Positions 57,258-64,000 of a stretch of 64,000 nt of DNA are shown one piece after another. Origin of the DNA: Patescibacteria group bacterium (GTDB taxonomy: Bacteria > Patescibacteriota > Minisyncoccia > UBA6257 > HR35). The number at the start of each line of letters is the position of its first letter. The stretch's first letter is position 1. Location: contig JAUQQN010000001.1 in NCBI GenBank assembly GCA_030549845.1, forward strand, positions 6,879 to 70,878, in the 5' to 3' direction. The notes beneath the pieces were generated by a model. The model had not been told where the DNA came from and made no database searches. It was given only the letters and a program-made list of their open reading frames with translations. The position numbers were made by a program, and so were the translations under genes.

Positions 57258-57914
57258 CTAAAATAAATTTGGAAAGTCTGTGGCAATCCCATCTACACCT
57301 TTTTTAATATATTCTAAAATTTCTTCCTTTTTATTAATTGTCCAAACTAAAACTTTTATATTATTTTTATGGTAGCTTTCTATATCTTTTGAGTGAATAA
57401 ATTTATAAAAAGGTAGCACATAATTAACATTTAAATCTTTAGCGGTTGTTAAAGGATTTTTATACTTTACATAAATGAATCCTGTTTCTGCATTTTTTGA
57501 TAGATTTTTTATTCTTTTTACAGAGTTTTCATGAAAACTTACAAATATGACATGGGTTAATAATTTTTTCTCTTTTATCACTTTGAAAACTTTCTCTTCA
57601 TAACCTTCTTCTTTTATTTCTATTAAAATTTTTTCAACTTTCCTGTCGATAAAGTCTATTGCTTCCTCAAAAGTTGGTATAAGATCATTCGAAATTTCTT
57701 TTATCTCTTTCAATTTTAGATCCTTTACAAAAAGATTTTTATTCCAAACTCTTTTTAAATTATCATCATGGATAACAACTAATTTATTATCTTTAGTTTT
57801 TCTTATATCAAATTCGATAGCATTGCAACCTAATTCAATCGCTAATTCAAAGCTTTTTAAAGTATTTTCAATTTCTAACCCTTTTGCTCCACGATGTCCA
57901 ATTTTTAAAAACAT
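57258..57914 (-). CDS. Glycerophosphodiester phosphodiesterase
   Basis: GHRGAKGLEIENTLKSFELAIELGCNAIEFDIRKTKDNKLVVIHDDNL. Confidence 0.8.
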   Translation of the reverse strand: MFLKIGHRGAKGLEIENTLKSFELAIELGCNAIEFDIRKTKDNKLVVIHDDNLKRVWNKNLFVKDLKLKEIKEISNDLIPTFEEAIDFIDRKVEKILIEIKEEGYEEKVFKVIKEKKLLTHVIFVSFHENSVKRIKNLSKNAETGFIYVKYKNPLTTAKDLNVNYVLPFYKFIHSKDIESYHKNNIKVLVWTINKKEEILEYIKKGVDGIATDFPNLF

Positions 57915-57937
57915 CTAATAATTTTATAATCAAATAG

Positions 57938-58417
57938 ATGGTATTAAAAATCAAACGACTTCGCAACCCAGAAGTTTTTAAAAATAAATTTAAAGAAATT
58001 TATCTTTCTGCATATGAAAGTGTAAAGAATGAGTATTATGAGCATACTGAAGAAGAAATTGAAGATTATTTTAATTGGTTAGTAAAACATGCGTATGATG
58101 GATTTTTAGTTGCATATTATAAAAATAAGCCTGTTGGTTTTTTGATTCTAGATTTAGATTGGTATGACAATAAATTAAGAAAAAAAGTAGCTGAAATTCA
58201 TGAAATTTGTATTAAAGAAAAATATAAAAGAAAAGGTATTGGTAAGAAATTAGTAAAAACAGCTGAGAAATTAGCTGGAAAATATGGCTTAAATTATATA
58301 TGTGGTTGGGTTGGTAAAGAAAATTATGGATCAATGAATTTTTTCAAAAAACTTGGTTTTGAAGAGGGAGAAATAGGTTGGAATATTTGGAAAAGAATAA
58401 GAAAGAAAATTAATTAA
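57938..58417 (+). CDS. GNAT-family N-acetyltransferase
   Basis: RKGIGKKLVKTAEKLAGKYG acetyl-CoA binding motif (R/Q-x-x-G-x-G/A). Confidence 0.7.
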   Translation: MVLKIKRLRNPEVFKNKFKEIYLSAYESVKNEYYEHTEEEIEDYFNWLVKHAYDGFLVAYYKNKPVGFLILDLDWYDNKLRKKVAEIHEICIKEKYKRKGIGKKLVKTAEKLAGKYGLNYICGWVGKENYGSMNFFKKLGFEEGEIGWNIWKRIRKKIN

Positions 58418-58458
58418 AATCTACTAATCAATCCCTTTACTTCAAAAAATCTTCCTTA

Positions 58459-58488
58459 AACAAATAGTTCCGTACGGAATTATTTATT
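58459..58488. repeat. 30-bp palindromic repeat, family P2 copy 3
   Basis: AACAAATAGTTCCGTACGGAATTATTTATT between convergent genes. Confidence 0.8.
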
Positions 58489-58517
58489 ATAGAAAAAAGT
58501 GGAAGGTGGGGGAAAAA

Positions 58518-59507
58518 TTAAGGAAGGATTAAGTTTTTGACGGCTTCTTTGATGGCTTCTTTGTCCAATCCATATTTTTTGATTAAATCTTCCATACTTC
58601 CAGATTCACCGAAGGTATTTTGAAGCCCAATAAAATTCATTTTTATAGGTTTTGTCTTTGCTAAAAATTCAGCAACAGCACTTCCCATTCCACCATGAAT
58701 CTGATGATCTTCCACTGTAACAATCCCCTTAACTTTATTTGCAACTTCTAATATTTTTTCTTCATCCAATGGTTTTATAGTATGTACATTAAAGACATAA
58801 ACATCTATTCCCTGCTCTTCCAATTCTTTTGCTGCAAGTAGCGCTTGATAGACTAAATGTCCAGTTGCCATAATGGCAATTTCAGCACTTTCTGTTTTAG
58901 GTTTCCAAAAACATTCTATCTTCCCAAACCTAAAAGGTGTTTCTTCGGTTGTAATAATTGGAGTTTTTTCTCTTACAAATCTTAAATAAAAAGGACCATA
59001 GATTGTTGCAGAATATAAAGTTGCTTTTTTTGCTTCAAAATAATCACATGGAGAGATTATTCTTATATTAGGCAAACATCTCATAATTGCAATATCCTCT
59101 GTTGCTTGGTGAGTTACTCCATCAGGTCCAGTAGAAATTCCAGCATGGTGTCCTGCAATTTTAACATTAGAGTTGTTATAAATAATAGTTGTTCTTATTG
59201 TTTCCCAATTTTTACCAGGTGAAAAGGTTGCAAATGAAGAAATAAAAGCAATTTTATTAGAAATACCAAGACCAGCAGCAATTCCGGCCATATTTTGTTC
59301 AGCAACCCCACATTCAATGAATCTTTCTGGCCATTTTTCAGCAAATTTATGAATTCTTGTTGATTCAGCTAAATCAGCAGTCAATACTACAACGTTAGGA
59401 TTTTTTTCCCCAAGTTCTAATAGAGCATCACCATAACCATCCCTTATTGATTTTCTTTCTGGCTCTTCAAAAATTTTTGAATTTAACTTTAATTCAGGGT
59501 TAAGCAT
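58518..59507 (-). CDS. Transketolase, C-terminal (pyrimidine-binding/C-domain) subunit of a split enzyme
   Basis: YGDALLELGEKNPNVVVLTADL..., GISTGPDGVTHQATEDIAIMR; no N-terminal subunit adjacent. Confidence 0.8.
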   Translation of the reverse strand: MLNPELKLNSKIFEEPERKSIRDGYGDALLELGEKNPNVVVLTADLAESTRIHKFAEKWPERFIECGVAEQNMAGIAAGLGISNKIAFISSFATFSPGKNWETIRTTIIYNNSNVKIAGHHAGISTGPDGVTHQATEDIAIMRCLPNIRIISPCDYFEAKKATLYSATIYGPFYLRFVREKTPIITTEETPFRFGKIECFWKPKTESAEIAIMATGHLVYQALLAAKELEEQGIDVYVFNVHTIKPLDEEKILEVANKVKGIVTVEDHQIHGGMGSAVAEFLAKTKPIKMNFIGLQNTFGESGSMEDLIKKYGLDKEAIKEAVKNLILP

Positions 59508-60946
59508 TATGGTTTATTATATCCTTTTTCTTCTTCTAAATATTCTTCAAACTCTTTTTCTGCTTTTTCCATTATTTCCTTGAATCTCCTATAAATATTT
59601 CTTTCCTCTTCGTTAAGGGTTGGATTTTCATCAAGATTTTTGATTTCTTCTTTCATTTCTCTTATAAATTGCTTAAATTTATTTTTATATCTCTCTTCAA
59701 AATCTTTCCAATGTACTTCTCTTGATTGCTTTTCTGATTTTTCGATTCGTAAAACTAAAATAATAAGTATAATTAAAACAATTAATAGTAGAAAACTGAT
59801 AAATATAAAAATAAACCAGTTGCTAAATGGAACTTCTTTTTCAATTATAATGGGTTTTTCAATGGCTTGGAAAGAAATAATTTCTTCTTTTATCGTTTCA
59901 TTATTTGCTTTATCCTTAATCACAATTTTTATTTTTTGAGTACCGCTTAAATTTGTAATTGTTTTTAGTAGCGTTCCATCAACAAATTTTTCTTTAGAAT
60001 ACAATGAATCATTTAGATATATTTCTGCTAAATCTAAACCAGAAAGTTCATCTTTAGCAGATACTTTAATATGAAGCGAATTTTGATCGGGAATAAGTGA
60101 AAACTCAGAAATAGTTGGGGGGTTTGTATCGATATTAAACTTAAATCTGGAAATTTCACTAACTCCAGCCTCATTTTCAAATTGTACAGCGAAATAATAA
60201 GTTCCATCAGGAATATTTTCTAATTTCCTACGAGAAATAGGGGGGCTATATTCTACATAAGGAATTAAATCAGGATTTTTACCATAAGCTGTTTTTACTA
60301 GATCTACATCTGAAGGAAGATACCATTCAAAAATAGGATTACTATTGTTGTACCATTTATTGGGATCTGGATGGGTAGGTGAGGTTATTATTGGCTTAGG
60401 AGGCAAATAAGTTATTGGAGACTCTTCTCTAACAATAATTTCTTCTCTTTGTTGTGCTTGAACAACTTTATAACTTCCCCCATACATTGCTTTTAAAATA
60501 TTGGTCCCCATACCATCATTTGCTAAAACCATCCCAGAAATGAAATCAATCTTTACCTCTCCTGGTTTAATAGCTTTAAAGTTTATTGTTAAAATTTTTC
60601 CTGATTTGCCCTTAAAACCTGGATTAAAAACCACTCCTTCAAAAACAAACTCATTACCTTCTATTTCTGGTTCTCTTACCCAAAAATTAAAAATTGATCC
60701 AGACTTTGAATGACTAACATATTTTAAAATACTATTATCCCAGGTAATTCTGCCTGAAGCAGCATTCATCGATTGGTCGGAAGATTCAACATAAATTGTA
60801 ATTGTTAAGTTATCGCCGACATTCAAATTCTTACTTGAAGGTTGAAGATATAAAGAAGCAGAAAAAGAGAATGCAGGTAATATTAAAAAAACACCAAAAA
60901 TAAAGAAAATTATAATTATTTTCTTCTTAAAAATTTTACTATCCAT
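59507..60946 (-). CDS. Cell-surface protein with cohesin-like N-terminal domain, TM helix and charged C-terminal tail
   Basis: Signal peptide; TINFKAIKPGEVKIDFISGMVLANDGMGTNIL; paralogous to 60916..61725; TM FIFISFLLLIVLIILIILV. Confidence 0.45.
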   Translation of the reverse strand: MDSKIFKKKIIIIFFIFGVFLILPAFSFSASLYLQPSSKNLNVGDNLTITIYVESSDQSMNAASGRITWDNSILKYVSHSKSGSIFNFWVREPEIEGNEFVFEGVVFNPGFKGKSGKILTINFKAIKPGEVKIDFISGMVLANDGMGTNILKAMYGGSYKVVQAQQREEIIVREESPITYLPPKPIITSPTHPDPNKWYNNSNPIFEWYLPSDVDLVKTAYGKNPDLIPYVEYSPPISRRKLENIPDGTYYFAVQFENEAGVSEISRFKFNIDTNPPTISEFSLIPDQNSLHIKVSAKDELSGLDLAEIYLNDSLYSKEKFVDGTLLKTITNLSGTQKIKIVIKDKANNETIKEEIISFQAIEKPIIIEKEVPFSNWFIFIFISFLLLIVLIILIILVLRIEKSEKQSREVHWKDFEERYKNKFKQFIREMKEEIKNLDENPTLNEEERNIYRRFKEIMEKAEKEFEEYLEEEKGYNKP

Positions 60947-61725
60947 TTATCTTTAATTAATTTTATCAATAAATACATAAAAATAGCCAAAAAAACAAGA
61001 CTGAAAATTTCATCAAAACTTAATATTTTTTTAGGTGATAAATATTCTATTCTTTCATTGCCTGCTTTGTCTACAGCCTTAACAAAAATATAACTTCTTA
61101 AGGTTTGATCCTTTAGAATATGCGGAGATTCTGCTTTTACGAAATTTAAATCTTTTAAGTTAGGCTTTATAAAACCTTGTTTTTCAGCAACTTCATAATA
61201 AGCAATTCCTGATTGTTTATCAGTAGTATTAAAAACAATAAAATATTTATTACCAAAGATTTCTTTATTTCGGGATAAATAGATTTTAAAACTTTCTGGA
61301 GGGTATTTATCCTCAATTACTTCTTGAACTTTTAATTTTTGATTATCTAAAAATTTTTTTTCTACTTTTAATTCTACTGAAGTACCTGAACCATCATTTA
61401 ACAAAACCTTAGACAAAGGTAGAATTTCAATTAATGCTTTATCTTTTTTAGCTTCAAAAATTAAGTTTATTAAAAGCCCCTTTTTGCCAATATATCCCCC
61501 AATACTAACTCCTGAAAATTGAATTATATTATTTTGAATAAATGGTTTTTCTATCCAAAAATTAATAATTGAGCCTGCTTCTTGAAAATCGCGAAAAATT
61601 AAACTATCAGAAAATTTTATTTTAACCTCAAAAGCATTTACTGACTCTCCTTCGCTATCTATATGAATAGGAACTATAATTTTTTTATTTACACTGCTCG
61701 GCTCTCCAAAATAAATTTTTGCCAT
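60916..61725 (-). CDS. Paralogous cohesin-like surface protein with C-terminal TM
   Basis: INLIFEAKKDKALIEILPLSKVLLNDGSGTSVEL aligns with the upstream paralog. Confidence 0.4.
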   Translation of the reverse strand: MAKIYFGEPSSVNKKIIVPIHIDSEGESVNAFEVKIKFSDSLIFRDFQEAGSIINFWIEKPFIQNNIIQFSGVSIGGYIGKKGLLINLIFEAKKDKALIEILPLSKVLLNDGSGTSVELKVEKKFLDNQKLKVQEVIEDKYPPESFKIYLSRNKEIFGNKYFIVFNTTDKQSGIAYYEVAEKQGFIKPNLKDLNFVKAESPHILKDQTLRSYIFVKAVDKAGNERIEYLSPKKILSFDEIFSLVFLAIFMYLLIKLIKDKWIVKFLRRK

Positions 61726-61726
61726 T

Positions 61727-62770
61727 TTATCCTGTATAATAATAAGCCATAATAGAAAAATCTATTAAATCTACTTTACCATCCCCATTTAATTTTTCTT
61801 TTTCTATTTTTGCAAATTCAGAACTTAATTTTTTCTTATACCAATAAGCAGCAATGGAAAAATCAACTAAATTTACCTTACAATCATTATTTAAATCTCC
61901 TTTTAGGGGACATTTTCCTATTGTTTTTTTAGGTATAGAAACTTCTCCAACATAAAAACTAAGCGCTCTTGAATAAGGACTAACTAATTGATTTAGGTAA
62001 ATTTGCCGTGATTTTGTATAGTGCTGGCCGGTTTCCAAAATACCTGTATCTAAAACATATAAATATGAACCATCTTTTTCGGTTGGAATTCTAAAAAATA
62101 ACTCTTCTTCAGATGAAACATTAATAATAACATCGGCATCAGGGGTTGCCTGACCAAAAATTTGTAAAACATCTCCTTTTTTGACAGAGGTTTTATCAAT
62201 ATCAATTGTTGGTGAAAGAAAAAATCCTGAGCTTCTAACAGTTTGTCCAGCAATAACATTTACTTGAAAAGTTAATAAACTTGATCTTCTACCTTTTGAG
62301 TCTTCAGAATACAGGGTAAATAAATAAAAGCCTGGAGTAAGATTACTTAAGGTAATTTCAAAATCTCCTCTTGCTCCAGCTTTTGTGATCTGTCTTATTT
62401 GACCGTCAGAAAGGAGGGTTACTTCAGAATTTGGATAAGCTTTACCAGAAATTATAACTGTTCCATACTGAAGGGGTGGAGGAGCCCATCCTCCGCCTCC
62501 GCCACCAGGAGGTTGGATTATGCATTGAGAAGTATTAAAAGTGCAATTAGAATTACAACTTAAATTACCACCACTATATCCTAAAGAAGTGCAGGTTTGT
62601 CCACCTAAATCTGGACCATCGCACTCTTCATTATTTTCCTTTATATTATTTCCACAAATACCTGGTTTAAATGCTGTTACGCTTACGGAGGCAGATTTTA
62701 TTTTATAGATAAAAGCTAAGGAAACAATTAAAAATAATATTAAAATTAGTATAAAATCTTTTAATTTCAT
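61727..62770 (-). CDS. Secreted protein with Cys-rich module and C-terminal dockerin-like repeats
   Basis: DLNNDCKVNLVDFSIAAYWY and LNGDGKVDLIDFSIMAYYY (type I dockerin-like D.N.DG.V...D repeats); CGNNIKENNEECDG...CNSNCTFNTSQC. Confidence 0.55.
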   Translation of the reverse strand: MKLKDFILILILFLIVSLAFIYKIKSASVSVTAFKPGICGNNIKENNEECDGPDLGGQTCTSLGYSGGNLSCNSNCTFNTSQCIIQPPGGGGGGWAPPPLQYGTVIISGKAYPNSEVTLLSDGQIRQITKAGARGDFEITLSNLTPGFYLFTLYSEDSKGRRSSLLTFQVNVIAGQTVRSSGFFLSPTIDIDKTSVKKGDVLQIFGQATPDADVIINVSSEEELFFRIPTEKDGSYLYVLDTGILETGQHYTKSRQIYLNQLVSPYSRALSFYVGEVSIPKKTIGKCPLKGDLNNDCKVNLVDFSIAAYWYKKKLSSEFAKIEKEKLNGDGKVDLIDFSIMAYYYTG

Positions 62771-63657
62771 TCATGCTTTTGGGTATATTTTCTAATAATA
62801 TAAGCGTTATATTTCCTGATTAATATTGGTAACACAAAAACAACAAATATTATTAAAGCTACAATCACTGCTATGTAGTAAATATTCAAGAAAATAAACC
62901 AGTAATTAAAATTCAAACTATTGTTTTCTCCATAATTCATATTAAAAATAGCTTTATAAATTCCAAAGGCGAACTTTCCTTGCCATTCGGTTTCTAAAAG
63001 CCTTTCAGCATTTGGCAAAATTTGAAGTTCTTTAGGGTTAATTGGTAAACTAGCTACTTCTTTACCAAAAATATTTTTAATATCGATATAACCTCGAGGA
63101 GTGATATAAGTATTTCCTTCATTTTTGATTAAATAAGCAAACTTTACTGGAAAATCCCAAACAATTCTTTTGGCATCAAATTTTGCAATAGTTGCTTTAT
63201 AAATGGCATTACCTCTAACATTAATAAAAACTAAAGCGCCAACACGGGCAATAATTCCAACTTGACCTGCTTCTGTTTTGGGAGCACCACTCCCAACCCA
63301 AATTGCTAAGAAATGTCCGCCAGGTGGGGCTGCTTGAGGAATATTTATTTTAACTGGGATTTGTATATCTTCTTTTGCTTTTAAAGAAAATTCTTTTTGA
63401 ACATTAACCCAGTCTTTTTCAGGGGGATTTTCAAAAAACTTTCTTTCTCCCCCAACATCTGTAAACCCCTCGACAGTGATATAAAATTTAGAATCCCAAT
63501 CGCTATCGTTTCTAATAAACAAATTAAAATCTAAAACATCTCCTGGATTAGCAGTAAATTCTATCTTTGCAGGACCAACAGTTAAAGCATAAGAGTAATT
63601 TATTATCACGAGAAAGAGAATTAAAGGAGAGATGAGGATTAATAACTGTTTCTTCAT
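62767..63657 (-). CDS. Cell-surface hypothetical protein (signal peptide, C-terminal TM)
   Basis: Topology only. Confidence 0.4.
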   Translation of the reverse strand: MKKQLLILISPLILFLVIINYSYALTVGPAKIEFTANPGDVLDFNLFIRNDSDWDSKFYITVEGFTDVGGERKFFENPPEKDWVNVQKEFSLKAKEDIQIPVKINIPQAAPPGGHFLAIWVGSGAPKTEAGQVGIIARVGALVFINVRGNAIYKATIAKFDAKRIVWDFPVKFAYLIKNEGNTYITPRGYIDIKNIFGKEVASLPINPKELQILPNAERLLETEWQGKFAFGIYKAIFNMNYGENNSLNFNYWFIFLNIYYIAVIVALIIFVVFVLPILIRKYNAYIIRKYTQKHE

Positions 63658-63677
63658 ACCTGCTTGTTATGTTTTTT

Positions 63678-64000
63678 AATTAGCACTACATTGATAAGTT
63701 ATTGTATCACTATAATCACCTGCTGGAGCTAATGCTGAAACAGCTACTTTATGGGTAACAACAACTTCTCTATTAGCCACTGGTTGTGATGAGGAGGCTA
63801 AGGTCTGAAATGTTGTAGTTAATTTGCCAACAGTATTACCTGTTTGATTATAGATTGGGTTTAAGGATAAAATACCCCCTGAACCAGATGTTGTTGTAGC
63901 TGCTTGAATTCCATAACCATCTGTTCCAGGCTGTAAGGTTGCTGTATTTGGAAAACCACTTGCTGGTGAAGGAATTAAATATGTAGGAGAAGTTGACTTG
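63678..64000 (-). CDS. 3' end of a Thr/Ser/Gly-rich secreted protein (partial, continues beyond the window)
   Basis: Open minus-strand frame ending ...ITYQCSAN* at 63678-63680. Confidence 0.4.

Noticed and set aside
58518-59507. Missing transketolase N-terminal subunit next to the C-terminal subunit
   Set aside because: Split transketolase genes are often unlinked in reduced genomes; probably encoded elsewhere rather than lost.
1-64000. rRNA genes, additional tRNAs, riboswitches
   Set aside because: No further cloverleaf-compatible sequence or rRNA-like GC-rich conserved blocks were seen on scanning. The only GC-rich islands are the tRNA-Ser, the terminator hairpin at 49.6 kb and the coding micro-insertions described above.

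Overview
This is a very AT-rich (roughly 27-30% GC) bacterial window with short, densely packed genes, several TTG starts and a split transketolase. By inference it resembles a reduced-genome, Patescibacteria/CPR-like organism; no marker gene here establishes taxonomy. Layout, left to right:
- 0-20.5 kb is housekeeping: aromatic and branched-chain amino-acid genes (a partial tyrA-like gene, pheA, ilvE), recG, pcm, gatC, ftsEX, prfB with its programmed +1 frameshift, tRNA-Ser(GCU), a pilin-like protein, gdh, and a MacAB-type efflux operon.
- 20.6-46.3 kb looks like an accessory island. Eleven copies of a perfect 23-bp palindrome (TTTTCGTAATC-A-GATTACGAAAA) sit in almost every intergenic spacer. 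The island is bracketed by a roughly 52-bp direct repeat that duplicates the promoter and first 7 codons of a large mod methyltransferase.
- The island carries a copper-resistance module (P1B ATPase, DUF411/CopG-like, a Met/His-rich protein, CsoR with an ATACCCGGGTAT operator). It also carries many nucleases (GxxExxY, HD, SfsA, Cas4-like PD-(D/E)XK, a NERD gene frameshifted at an A7 tract). It ends with a Type III-like mod...res operon that has two extra embedded genes, one a TM protein and one PD-(D/E)XK-like. This operon is the best candidate for an undescribed defence variant.
- Other notable structure: GC-rich in-frame micro-insertions recurring inside the copper ATPase and its neighbour; a Ppx/GppA plus nucleoside-deoxyribosyltransferase-like fusion; a second 30-bp palindrome family (CCGTACGG core) flanking a PaaX/Cas2-like gene; a 96-bp tandem repeat with a palindromic core; a 125-bp duplicated yjbQ 3' end flanking a 3.5-kb insert; and a cohesin/dockerin-like surface cluster at the 3' end.
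- No rRNA, CRISPR array, integrase or transposase was seen.
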